Of a DNA stretch of 64,000 bases, positions 32,278-44,127 are shown piece by piece (the first letter of the stretch is position 1; the number at the start of each line of letters is the position of its first letter). The translations under genes and the position numbers were made by a program. Under the pieces are notes generated by a model. The model searched no databases, was not told the DNA's origin, and saw only the letters and a program-made list of their open reading frames with translations. The DNA is from Nitrospirota bacterium (GTDB lineage: Bacteria; Nitrospirota; UBA9217), in contig CAWCKW010000012.1 of assembly GCA_963796285.1 (NCBI GenBank), positions 672,001 to 736,000 of the forward strand, written 5' to 3'.

Positions 32278-35200
32278 TTACCTTGCTGCAATGATCACCT
32301 CGACGGTGTGCTCCTGCCGGTCGTCGACAAGGGGAATCGTTTTGCCGCTTTGTTCAACTCCGTCGACAGTCACACTCGCAGCGCTGTTGTCATGTGTTTG
32401 CCGGACGGTTATATGGTAGATGGTCTCCCGGTACCTATAGTGCAACTTAAATGCATCCCACTCTTTGGGCAGGCACGGCTCGAAGCGCAGCGCGTCTTTT
32501 TCAAGCCGCAGCCCAAGAAGTGATTCAACGATAAGCCGGTACATCCACCCGGCCGATCCCGTGTACCAGGTCCATCCGCCCCGTCCGATGTGCGGAGAGA
32601 CCGCATAGACGTCGGCGGCTGCAACGTACGGTTCTCCTTTGTAGATCGCGATTTCTTCGGGCGATCTCGCATGGTTTATCGGGTTGATCATTGCCAGCAG
32701 ATCCCACGCGCGGCTGCCGTCGCCCAATGCGGCAAAGGCCATCGCGGTCCAAACCGCCGCATGGGTATACTGCCCGCCGTTCTCCCGTACACCGGGAACG
32801 TATCCTTTGATATAGCCGGGATCCAAATCCGATTTGTCGAACGGCGGGTCCAGGAGCTGGATCAGTCCATGCTCCCTGCGAACGAGAAGCTTGTCCACCG
32901 ATTCCATTGCCGTGCGGGAGCGCTCCACATTCCCGGCGCCGGAGAGCACAGACCAGCTTTGCGCAATGGAGTCGATACGGCATTCTGGATTGCTTGCCGA
33001 ACCCAGCGGAGAGCCGTCGTCAAAAAAAGCACGCCTGTACCACTCGCCGTCCCAACCATGCTCCTCTATATTTCCGCGCACAAGATCGGCTTCCCACGGC
33101 AGCGTTCAACGAATGACGGATCGTTGTGCAGGCGTGCGATCTCCGAAAACCGCACAAGCACTTCATACAGGAAAAATCCGAGCCAGACGCTTTCACCCTT
33201 GCCGTGCTGCCCTACCAGGTTCATGCCGTCGTTCCAATCACCCGAGCCGATGAGCGGCAGGCCGTGCTCTCCGCGGCTGAGGCCCTTCAGAATGGCCCGT
33301 ACACAGTGGTCGTACAGGCTTGCCGTTTCTGCAGAGGCGCGGGGAAGATCGTAATACGAGTCCTCGTCCGGATTTAACGGGCGGCCCTCGATGAAGCGGA
33401 CGGTTTCATCCAGCACCCCGGTGTCTCCGGTACTCAGAACGTAGCGGCACACGGCCATGGGCAGCCAGAGAAAATCGTCCGAACAGCGCGTACGCACCCC
33501 GCGTCCCGTCGGGGGATGCCACCAATGCTGGACGTCTCCCTCCTTGAACTGATGGGCCGCGCACAGGAGGAGGTGTTCGCGCACGAGCCGCGGCTCGGTA
33601 TGGATAAGCGCCATCACGTCCTGCAACTGGTCGCGGAAACCGAATGCGCCCCCGGACTGGTAGTATCCGCTCCGCGCCCAGAGACGGCATGCCAGAGTCT
33701 GGTATATGAGCCAGCCGTTGGCCAGCATGTTGACGGATTGGTCGGGCGTTTCCACCTGCACTGCGCCGAGGGTGTGATTCCAATACTCCCAGACCTTTTC
33801 AAGCGCTCTGCGCGCGGCAACGGATCCCTGGAAGCGGCGTACCAGTTTGCCTGCGTCATCGGAGCTTTTCCCTGCGCCGAGCCTGAAGATGATCTCCCGC
33901 TCCTGCCCGTCAGCGAGCTCGAAGGGGACCTGGATTGCGGCGCAGGGGTCCAGGGCAGCCCCTATCCTGCCGGAAAGCCGGGCACGGGTCATCGCAGCCG
34001 GTCTCTGAAGCGTGCCGTTGCGACCGAGGAACTCGGTCCGGTCGCCGGTCACGGTACGGGTAGATTCACCCGCATCAAAGAAGGCGGTCCGGTCGACGAA
34101 CTCCGAGTTATACGGGTTCCGCGCGAAGATCGCGCCGGTTTTGGGGTCGATTTCGGTGATCACCTGCATTGCCGTTTTCGGCCGCAGATCTCCCAGCACC
34201 CATTCCACGTAACCGGTGGCTGAGAGCCGGCGTGAACGGCCGGATCTGTTTTTAACCTTCAATACCGTAAATTTGATAGATGCATCCAATGCTACGTAAA
34301 CCCATACCTCTGAGCTTATGCCATCCTCTACGTGTTCAAAGACGCTGTATCCGAATCCGTGCCGGCTGACGTAATGCATCGCCCCGCCACCAGGCAGCGG
34401 AGTGGGGGACCAGAAACGGCCGCTCTCTTCATCGCGCAGGTAAAATGCTTCTCCGCCGGAATCGCTTATTGGATCGTTGTTCCAGGGAGTGAGGCGGAAC
34501 TCGTGGGCATTTTCGCTCCAGGTGTAAGCAACTCCGCTCTCCGAAACAATTGTTCCGAAAAGCGGGTTTGCCATCACATTCACCCATGGCGCCGGAGTCT
34601 TCTGCCCGGCAGAGGTCGTAATGATGTACTCACGGCCGTCAGGCGTGAATCCTCCGAGTCCGTTGAAGAAGCTCAGGTCGCGGCGGGGCGGTCCGGCGGC
34701 CGCGGGGTATTCGGCGCGATAGGTCCGGGCCGGCGTGAGCCGCGGGACCGGCACTTCCGCCAGTCGGCGACGGTGGATCTGGTCCCACAGCGTCCCCCGG
34801 CTGTCGGTGAGGATGGCGCGAGCGACCGTTTGCAGCAGAACGCGGTCCTCTTCCGATATCTGCTCCGCGAGCCTTAAAAAGATGCCGCCCGGTCGATCGG
34901 TCACATTGGCTTCGATGCCTGCGGCAATCAACCCTATGATTTGTTCCTGGAGCAGTTGTCGATAACCTGCATGATCTTCGTTCCAGATCACCAGGTCCAC
35001 TGCCAGCCCTTTCAAGTGCCAGTACGCATGCGCCTGCACGAGTTGGCGCACCAGGTCGATGTTCACCGGATCCGCGATCTGCACCAGCACGATCGGCAGA
35101 TCGCCGGAAATGGAATAGCCCCACAGGCCGGATTGCCCGCGGCGGTTCTTGATGAGAACGCTCGCGTCGGCGCGCAGAGAGGAATTGGCATAGATGACAT

Positions 35201-38200
35201 TGCCGGCAAGGTGCGCATAGAGTTGCGCGTCGGCCTCCGCGGCATTAAGCTGTTGCAGGACCACCTGTCCATGTGTCCACGCCAGGTCGATGGCGCGATC
35301 CGCGAGCCGCCGATCCTGATATTTTCCGACAAGGTTTAAAGCGGCGTCGCGGGTTTCGCAGGCGCCGGAGACGATATCTATCGTCGCCGATCCTTCCGGA
35401 TCGAGCGCGATCAGATGCCGGATCGCGACGATCGGATCGAGCACGGAGCCCTGGCTGTCCGAGAGCTTAGCGGGTCCTCTCATCGCTTGCGGATCAACGG
35501 CCGTGTTTCCGCGGCCGATGAACCTCATCCGGTCGGTCTCGCAGGAAACATCAACGGTGTCAGCCCCGTGCACGGCCATCAGGTGAAACATCCAGGGCAC
35601 CGGCTCATGGAGGGAGCGGGGACGGCGGGTGCACAGGATCGCCTGGCGTTGCGGGAGGATCTCCGTCTGGACGAAGAGGTTGCCGAACGCCGGATGCAAC
35701 GCGTCCGCGGCTGGCGAGGCAAGGACGATTTCCGCGTAACTCGTGACCTCGATCTCTCTGCGTGTTCTGCCGCGGTTGGTGATCGTGATCCTGCGAAGCT
35801 CAATATCATCCTCGGGAGAGACAACGATCTCGGTATGGGTATCGATATCATGGTCCCGGCGGCGGAACTCCGCTCGCGCGCCCGAGAAGATCGCTTCGTA
35901 GGTGTCCGGCCGTTTGAGCGTCGGCTGATAAGCGGTCGACCAAAACTCCCCGCTCGCCGCGTCGCGGAGGTAGCAGAACGTCCCCCAATTGTCGCAGGTG
36001 TTGTCCTCGCGCCAGCGTGTCACCGCGACGTCCTTCCAGCGGCTGTAGCCGCCGCCCGCGTTCGTGACCATCACATGGTATCTGCCGTTCGACAGAAGCT
36101 GCACCTCCGGCATCGGGGTGTCGGGGGTGCCGAAAACCCGGACCGGCATTTCCGGGCCGACGGCAGTCGTCCGCAGGTCGGAGATCTCGGCGGCGAGCGA
36201 AAAGAACGCCGTCGCCTTCGGAACCCGTTCCTGGAGCAACAGCATGGTCGCCTGGAACTGCGGATCCGACTCGAATCGCTTCTGCATCGGACGGTCCAGG
36301 AGCAGATAGGCCAGTGAGAGGAGGCTCATGCCCTCGTGATGCGCCAGGAAGGCCCGGACCACGGCACTCGATTGGCCGCGTCGTTGACGAGAAGGGGTAT
36401 AGTCGATAGCTTCAAAAAAACCGTATTTCCCGACGTACCCCTCGTCGGAGAGGCGCTGCAGATTCCGGCACGCTTCCTCGGGTGCCACCATCAACGCAAG
36501 CACCGAGGCGTACGGCGCGACGACCAGATCGTCCGCGAGGCCGCGTTTGAGCCCGAGGCCCGGTACGCCGAAGGCGCGGTACTGGTAATTGAGACGAATG
36601 TCGACCATGTTGTAGCAGGATTCCGACATGCCCCATGGTATGCCGAGCTGCCCCCCATACTGGATCTGCCTCGCGACGGCCGCCTTGCAGGTCCGGTCAA
36701 GCAGGGTATTTTCGTACGTCGGCATCACCAGGAGCGGCATAAGGTACTCGAACATCGAACCGCTCCACGAAAGGAGGATAGGCTCTCCACCAGCGGTCGT
36801 GAGCAGGCGCCCAAGGGCGAACCAGCTCTCCTGCGGCAGCTGACCCTGCGCAATCCCCACGAAACTGCACAATCTCGCTTCCGAAGCCAGCAGATCGTAG
36901 AAACTCGCGTCCCGCCTGCGCTCACCCACGTTGTACCCGATGGCCAGTAAATGACTCGCCCTGTCGAACAGGAAGTCATATTCCATGCGGCTCATTTCGC
37001 CGGACTGCAAAGCGAGCCGTTCGATGGCCGCGATCCTCTTTGCGGCAAGATCGTTTCCCAGTCCGGCCGAATCGCGCAGTGTCGGGATTTCGTCGTTTGT
37101 TCGACGGGAGGGCGGGGAGAGATGGATCAGATCTTCACGCGCGGCCCGGCATTGCGCGGCAAAGGCGCGCGCCCACCATACTTTCTGATCCTCCGGGTGG
37201 ATACCGGAATTATCTATCTGGGAAAGCAGTTCCTCTGCGGACGTTGTTAGTTGATCAAGGCACAGCTGTGCAGCCGCAAGAGTAGTCGGTGGGGAAGAAT
37301 ACGCGGACTCAAGGTCCTTCTGAAGTAGAGCAAGGACTTCGGCGAGCCCTTCGGCAGTGAGACGTGTCTGCGAGCCCTTCGGCAATGAGCTCAGGGGCGA
37401 ATTGGTCGCTTCGATCAGCTCAGGCGGGTTGTCCACCGGTTCTTCAGTTTCACTGGCATCCACAAGGATTTGCAGAGTGTCGCTCAGCCCGTCAAACCAT
37501 CTCGCATGCAGGATCTTGTGATCGGGAAGTGCAAGCAGGCCCTGTCGCAAGGTCAGCAGGTGAGCGGCGAGGTTCCCGCTGTCAACTGATGAAATGTAAG
37601 CAGGGAGCAGCGGCTTGAGAGACTGCGTGTCATACCAGTTGTAGAAGTGGCCCCGGTGCCGATCCAGGGCTTCCATTGTTCGCAATGCATTCTCCGTGCG
37701 CTCGATGAGTTGTCCGGCAGGAATGTAGCCGAAGTCGTACGCGGACAGGTTCGCAAGCAGCGCAAGACCCATGTTGGTCGGCGACGTGCGATGCGCGACC
37801 ATGGCAGCGCGATACTCCTGATAGTTATCAGGCGGCAGCCAGTTGTCCTCGGGGCCGACGAAGGTCTCGAAGAAGGCCCAGGTTTTTCGGGAAACCTTTC
37901 GGAGAAAAAGGATCTGGCGCATAGTCAATCGTGCTTCACGGCGCGTAAGCGGACGGCTGATCCACCACGCGATGACGGGTGAAGCAAACCAGAGCACCAG
38001 GAGAGGCCCGGCTGCTCCCAACGCAGCCGGATTCGAAAGAGCCAGAGTGATCGCCATGGCGACCGCGAGAAAGGGGGCGAACCACATCATCCGATAAACA
38101 GCGGCGAGGCCCGTTCGGCCCATTCGGTCCGGGTCGCCTGACGGACTCCATTCGAGAAGCTGCTTGTGAGTGATGAACATTCTCCCTGTTGTGCGAATAA

Positions 38201-40985
38201 CCGCATCCAGACTGAAAAACGCCTCGTAGGGGAGGCACGCAAGAGTAAACAGATCGTGAGCAAAGCGCATGCCAATGGAACGCCCTGCGGCAGCGAGATG
38301 CTGCCTGGGAAGCACATCGCGCGGTTTTTGAAGCAGATCCAGGACAGAGGAAATAAAAGAAGGGATCAGAATAATACCGATCATTGACACGGTCCAGAAC
38401 CAGGGTGAAGACAAGATCGTCCAACCGAGCACGAAGAGGAGCGTCATTGCCGAAGGCACGAGACTGCGCCGAAGGTTGTCGAAGAGCTTCCATTGGGACA
38501 GCAGCGAGAGGGGGTTCTTCCGGCGCTGCCGGTCACGCGCGGGTCCTGGGCCAGGGATGACCGCACCCAGCCAGGACAGAAGCTGCCAATCCCCGCGGAT
38601 CCAACGGTGGCGGCGGCTCACGTCCGCGCTGTAACGGGGAGGATATTCCTCGTATACCATTACATCGCTCAACAATCCGGCCCGGGCATAACACCCTTCG
38701 ATAAGATCGTGGCTCAGGATCCGGTTCTCGGGGAAGCGTCCGCCCAGCGCCCGCTCGAACGCGTCGACCTCGTAGATCCCCTTGCCGATAAAGGAGCCCT
38801 CAAGGAAGAGGTCCTGGTAAACATCCGAGACAGCACGCGTATAGGGGTCGATGCCCGGATCGCTCCCCTCCATGCGCGCGTATCGCGACCGGTTTGTACC
38901 CGGCAAGCTCACTGCCACCCGCGGCTGAAGGATGCCGTACCCCGCGACAACGCGCTGCTTGCCTTCGTCGTATTGCGCGCGATTCAGCGGATGCGCCATG
39001 GCTCCCACAAGCTGACGGGCGGCATCGCGCGGCAGCTGGGTATCCGTGTCCAGGGTGATCACGTACTTCACGTTGAGCAGCACCGCAGTATTGCCGACGA
39101 CGAGAGAGAACCGATCACGCGAGCCGTTGCGCAGAAGTGAATTCAGTGCCGCCAGCTTTCCCCGCTTGCGCTCGTAACCCATCCAAACGCCCTCCAGGGG
39201 ATTCCATTGGCGGGGGCGGTGAAAAAGGAAGAACGTATCGCTCTTTGCATTCCTGTATTTCTCATTCAGCTCTTCGATTCTCTGCCGGGCGAGCAGCAAG
39301 AGTGGTCCGTCCTCCGGCAGTATTTCCTCCGATGCGTCCGGAAAATCAGTCAGCAGTCCGAAGTGCAGGTTTTCATCGCGATTTGCCAGAAACCTGACTT
39401 CCATCGCCTCGACCAGATCTTCGATGTCCGGAGCGCTCGTAAGGAACGTCGGGATCACCACCAGGGCGAGCGATTTCTCCGGAATTCCTTCGGAGAAATC
39501 CATCCGCGGCAGCGGATGCGGCGTCACCAGCAACGTGGCCAACCAGTTCACCAACGCCACCGCCAGCTGACTTCCGACCAGCAGCGAAAGGAACCCCGTC
39601 AGCACGAGCAGCCAATCCGGGTACCCACCGGCATGCGTCTTTGCCAACAGGCTTCCTGTGAAAATCGCCGTCATCAGTATGATCGTGCCCAGATAGAAGA
39701 ACAAAGGAAACCGGCGGCCTGCCTTTCGAAGGGACTCTGTGACAGATAACCGGACCCCTGACAGGTGTTCAAGCTGCGCCAGTCCCTTGTCGATCAGGTA
39801 GTAGCCCACATGAGCCGAGCGATCGTCTCCGCCTTGAGTGTCGTTGTTACGGGCCGCGCTCTCGCGCGCAATCCGGACCGCGTTGGCTGCAACCTCCCCT
39901 TCAGATAGCCGGCCGCTCTTCGCAATCTTCTCCACTACGTGACGATAACGGTCACGAGTAGAAAAATCCATTTTGCCGTATGTACCGAGGGGGTCCTCAC
40001 GCAGGGTCTGTTCGACAACGCTCATCGTCTCGACGAACTCGCGCCAATCCATTGCGCCCAGGAAACGGAGGCTGCCGATGCTGTTGCTCATCGATACCTG
40101 ATCAGCCGCCAGCTGCTGGTTCTCCGACTGCACCAACTGATCGATCGTCATGCTGAACTCTGAGAGGTGCTGCTCGATCCAGGTGAGCGGCATTGCCAGG
40201 GCAGGGCCCTGTCCCTTAAGCCGGCGTGCAAATTCCGCAACAAAAGCACTCTTGAGCGGCGGGTTTGAGCGTGCCATGTCCGCAATGACCAGAATAAGAC
40301 CCTTCGGGTCCTTCGCGGCAACCTCGGTAATCCGGTCAGCCCAATAGCCGGCGAGGTTTCGGTCCATCCTGTCGGCAGCGATCCGGGCCCCGACGCGCCG
40401 GAGATTCTCGATCAACGCCAGGCGCAGCATGATGGGGATTGCCCACAATTCTCCCAGCTTGAGGACGGCAACTGTCTGGTAGGCAGCAAGGAAACTGCTG
40501 AGATTTTCCGGGTCCACCCGGCCGTCGCCATGCGAGATCGTCTCCAGGGCGATGTCATACACGCGCGGAAGCCCGGCGGATGGCCCGTCCAGCAAGCGGG
40601 GCAGTTCCCGGCTGTAACCCTTTGGCAAGTGTCTCCTTGCCGTGCGGATCTGTTCTTCGATCAGGTAGAAGTTATCGAGCAGCCATTCTGCCGCCGGCGT
40701 GATCCTGCGGTCCGTCTTGACCGCCTCTACCAGCAGGCTGTGGGTCCGGGTCAGAATGGCTTCATTCTCAGCCAACCGCGCCAGAAGCCGGTCACGTGCG
40801 TGTCCCGGGCGGAGCGTGTGAAGACCCGCCAGGGTCTTGCCATGCTGCTTCATCTGGTCGCTGCTGTACAATTCCGATCGTAGAGGCGGCTCGTATACAG
40901 CGTACTTTGCTTCCAGGTCTTTACCCTGAAGGCGGGCCAGCACATTGGGCAGGTTTCTGAGAATAGTTTTTTTGCTCAACTTCAA
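32278..40985 (-). CDS. ndvB: Cyclic beta-1,2-glucan synthase/phosphorylase (GT84 + GH94), frameshift near 33080
   Basis: ~2900 aa; WMGYERKRGKL, TLDTDT, LSHDLIEG, RWIRGDWQ, RTSPTN, SGGAFGFRDQLQD, GSGDWNDG, ENGGQYTH. Confidence 0.92.
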
Positions 40986-41069
40986 TGAATACTCTCTTGA
41001 ATGGGAAATAACTCGAATGGTTACAATATTTTTAGAAATGAATCTAGCATAAATATAGCACAGTTAAAT

Positions 41070-41394
41070 TGAAAAAGGGTCAGCTCAATTAGCTAAGCAT
41101 TTGATGACTTGGTAGAGCTTCCCCAACGCGCTCTTGTTCGATCTCTCTCTGCTGAAATAAAAAAGGCTGGCTAGTTAGCCAACCTTTTTGTATTTTCTTG
41201 GTGGAGCTGAGGGGGAAATCTCACTCGCTCGCATGCTCGCTTCCACAGGGGGCCAGCCCCCTATGGCGGCCGATAATGCCGGCCTGTGACCCCCGAAGCA
41301 TGAGGGAATCCTTTCCCTCAAACTCCCTTTGGTTCGATCCCCCTCATGAAAATAAAAAAAGGCCGGTCAATAATGACCAGCCTTTTGTTTATTT
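41070..41394 (-). repeat. tRNA-linked tandem units (tRNA 3' end + terminator + inverted T-arm copy)
   Basis: TTGGTAGAGCT (41109) and TGGTGGAGCTGAGGGGG (41199), each next to an AAAAAGG..CCTTT-type hairpin; GGTTCGATCCCCCTCA at 41331-41346. Confidence 0.7.
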
Positions 41395-41470
41395 TGGTGG
41401 AGCTGAGGGGGATCGAACCCCTGACCCCAAGACTGCCAGCCTTGTGCTCTCCCAGCTGAGCTACAGCCCC
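41395..41470 (-). tRNA. tRNA-Ala (GGC)
   Basis: GGGGCTGTAGCTCAGCTGGGAGAGCACAAGGCTGGCAGTCTTGGGGTCAGGGGTTCGATCCCCCTCAGCTCCACCA; G3:U70 pair, encoded CCA. Confidence 0.97.
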
Positions 41471-41494
41471 AAAATCTACCGTAACAAGGTGCTT

Positions 41495-41523
41495 AATTTA
41501 ACATCACGATATGTTGTTGTCAA
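41495..41523 (-). promoter_or_regulatory. Sigma70 promoter of tRNA-Ala
   Basis: Minus-strand TTGACA-17bp-TAAATT, 24 nt upstream of the tRNA. Confidence 0.65.
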
Positions 41524-41809
41524 GAAAAAAGACGGTTGACACTCTATCGTTGCATTGTTTGAACGTCAATTTAATATTTCGAGCCGTATCACTTCTGCGC
41601 CGACCTGTAGCGCACCCGGTACCCTGGACACAAGATAAAAGTTATGCAACAGCTTTCAACAGGTGCTCATCGTATATTTGCCGCGGGCTTTTGAACTCGA
41701 GTTTTGCCACAAGCCGGTACTTATGGTGCCCGTTTTGAACTGTTTGCATGACCATTATAATTAATGAAAAAAACAATATAGATGTATATAAGAGATATAA
41801 TACAAGCAT

Positions 41810-44074
41810 ATGAGCGAACCGCAGGATAACAAAGAAGCCCAACCAGCACTCCCTCAGCAAGCCGAAAATGATATTCCGCTTGATACGCAGCTTTTATCTG
41901 AGGCTGTTATTGAGCTGAATATTTCTCGCAAGAATGTGGGCATCTACCCGCCTGGTCATATCCAAATCGCGAAAAGCATTGAACGTACCTATCAGATCCT
42001 CCAAAAAATGCTCGAGATTCGGGCAGAAATGACCCTCGGAGTGGCCAAGGACACGCTACTGGTCGGACAGGACTATCTTGACCAAAAAAATCCCGTGTAC
42101 CGGGATTTTGCGATTTCAATGAGCCAGCGTGAGATCGCGTCGGTCACGTTTATCCGCGGCCTGGACAAGGACGAGCTCGTTCGGTTTCAACAAATTCTCA
42201 CGACCAGATCGGAAGATATCAGGGGTTCGGGGGGTATCACCAAAGTCATGGCTGAGGTAGATATCCCTCATATCAGGATCCAGTCCATCGATTACGACAG
42301 GTTCCATTTCACCGAGGAACAGGAGATTTTCAAAGCCTCTGCCAAGGCCAAAGGAGATGAACAGTCAGACAACCATGTGTGGCAGGATTTTGTAACGCAC
42401 CTCTCAGCAGGTACTCTCGCCGAACCGGGTCAGGGGGTATCGGCGAAGGACGCGGAGCAGATAAACCCTGCCGAACTCGCACGGCTTCTCAATGAACGAA
42501 AGCTGGATGTGAAATCCGCGGTGGAAAGTTATGACCAGATCATTTCAACATATGTCCGCGGAACGGCAGAAAAAAAACAACTGACGCAGGAGCAATCGAA
42601 GACACTTGTAAGCATGAATGCTCTATTGAAAGATCTTCATCCCGAGCTTAGAAAGCAGTTTCTGTCCGTTGCGTTCAAAAACATTGCAGCGCGAACGGGG
42701 TCTCCCCTTGAGGCGGAAGCGGTGATCGGGGGTTTCACCGACGATATGGTGATCGAGATGCTGGGACAGGCAAGCGCTGAGGGGCGGGAGATATCACCGA
42801 CGCTTGCGGGTCTCATAGGCAAGCTTGCTCAGGCGCATACGGATGCCCCGGCAGTACCACAACGCGATCACAGTACGAAACCGGCAAAAGGATTCTTAGG
42901 CGTCACGTTTCAGGCGGAACACATGCAGAAGCTTTTTGACCGTGAAAAATACGAAGAGTATGTGAGCGATGACTATCAAACGATGCTCAGGCATTTGTCG
43001 GAAGGTCCGTCCGGTGCAGCTGAACCGTTCCCTCTGGAAGAGCATATAAGGTCGATGGAGGACGAACACCTGGACTTTCAGATCGGCAGGGCGCTGCTCG
43101 CTTTTTTGGAAGAGAATATCGATGAGGAGGATTATAAGGAATTCGCTCAAAAAATCGTCGCACTGATGCCCCAATTCCTTGAGACGGGAAATTTCGAGCT
43201 GCTTTGGCGTATTTTGGACGCGCTCCGCCGGCATTCAACGGACAAGCCAATACAGGGCATCAGGGACTGCGCCGAGGAAGCGAAAAAGCTATTTTCTGAT
43301 CCGGAATTTATTGTAAAGGTGCTGAACGCTTTCGACCGATGGATGAGGGAGAAGGGGCAAGAGGCTTCCGGATTGATCCAGGCCCTCGGACCGGATACAA
43401 TACCGGGCCTTATTGATATTTTCTGCAGGGACGATGCGGTTGGCGGAAGGCGTATTCTCTTTAATCTGTTGTGTCTTTTCGGAGATCCGGCCGTGAGCGA
43501 AGCACACAAGAGACTGAGGGACCCGCGGACAGCCACTGTCCGAAATCTGCTTATATTTATCGGACGAGCGGGCAACGCTTCGTCGATCTCTCAGGTAAAA
43601 CCGCTGCTGCGTCATCAGGATCCGATGGTAAGGCTCGAGGCGCTCGGCACGCTTCTGAAATTCAGGGATCCGGGAGCGGTTAATCTGCTTCGGAACGCGA
43701 TCCATGACAAAGATCCGGACTTTGCCTTTCAAGCCGTTATCCTGGCCGGGCAATATCGAATAATGGATGTTACCGGGGATGTCCTGTCGAAGATCAAACG
43801 GGTCATCCTTTTTGAGACGGACTATGCAGAGAATGAGGAGATCATCAGGGTACTCGGGAATATCGGAGACGCTCGAGCGCTATCCGAGTTGGAAAAACTT
43901 GCACGCGCGACGTGGTCGCTCTATCCGCATAGTCTTATGCACATGAAGGAAACGATCTTTAAGTCTCTCGCCCGATATCCTCGCGAGAAAATCGGCGGCC
44001 TGCTCAAAATCGGCGAAAAGCTCAACAGCGACACGATCCAAGAGATATGCAGTCAGCTCATGTTTAAGCAGTAG
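41810..44074 (+). CDS. Large HEAT-repeat protein with an N-terminal YPxxH domain (copy 1)
   Basis: C-terminal HEAT-like repeats (LRDPRTATVRNLL, LLRHQDPMVRLEAL, LGNIGDARAL). Confidence 0.8.
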   Translation: MSEPQDNKEAQPALPQQAENDIPLDTQLLSEAVIELNISRKNVGIYPPGHIQIAKSIERTYQILQKMLEIRAEMTLGVAKDTLLVGQDYLDQKNPVYRDFAISMSQREIASVTFIRGLDKDELVRFQQILTTRSEDIRGSGGITKVMAEVDIPHIRIQSIDYDRFHFTEEQEIFKASAKAKGDEQSDNHVWQDFVTHLSAGTLAEPGQGVSAKDAEQINPAELARLLNERKLDVKSAVESYDQIISTYVRGTAEKKQLTQEQSKTLVSMNALLKDLHPELRKQFLSVAFKNIAARTGSPLEAEAVIGGFTDDMVIEMLGQASAEGREISPTLAGLIGKLAQAHTDAPAVPQRDHSTKPAKGFLGVTFQAEHMQKLFDREKYEEYVSDDYQTMLRHLSEGPSGAAEPFPLEEHIRSMEDEHLDFQIGRALLAFLEENIDEEDYKEFAQKIVALMPQFLETGNFELLWRILDALRRHSTDKPIQGIRDCAEEAKKLFSDPEFIVKVLNAFDRWMREKGQEASGLIQALGPDTIPGLIDIFCRDDAVGGRRILFNLLCLFGDPAVSEAHKRLRDPRTATVRNLLIFIGRAGNASSISQVKPLLRHQDPMVRLEALGTLLKFRDPGAVNLLRNAIHDKDPDFAFQAVILAGQYRIMDVTGDVLSKIKRVILFETDYAENEEIIRVLGNIGDARALSELEKLARATWSLYPHSLMHMKETIFKSLARYPREKIGGLLKIGEKLNSDTIQEICSQLMFKQ

Positions 44075-44127
44075 TTTCCCGATGAACGATGTAAACGCTG
44101 TTCACAGTAATACAGACAGGATGGAAT

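Noticed and set aside
32590-40883. Many long plus-strand ORFs opposite ndvB (similarly opposite fadE and cheBR)
   Set aside because: They are shadow ORFs of GC-rich genes and show no recognisable motifs.
41070-41400. CRISPR array
   Set aside because: The units are few, degenerate, tRNA-derived and unevenly spaced, and there are no cas genes.
41530-41800. c-di-GMP riboswitch upstream of the HEAT/HD-GYP genes
   Set aside because: I could not find the GEMM consensus by eye on either strand; an Rfam scan would settle it.
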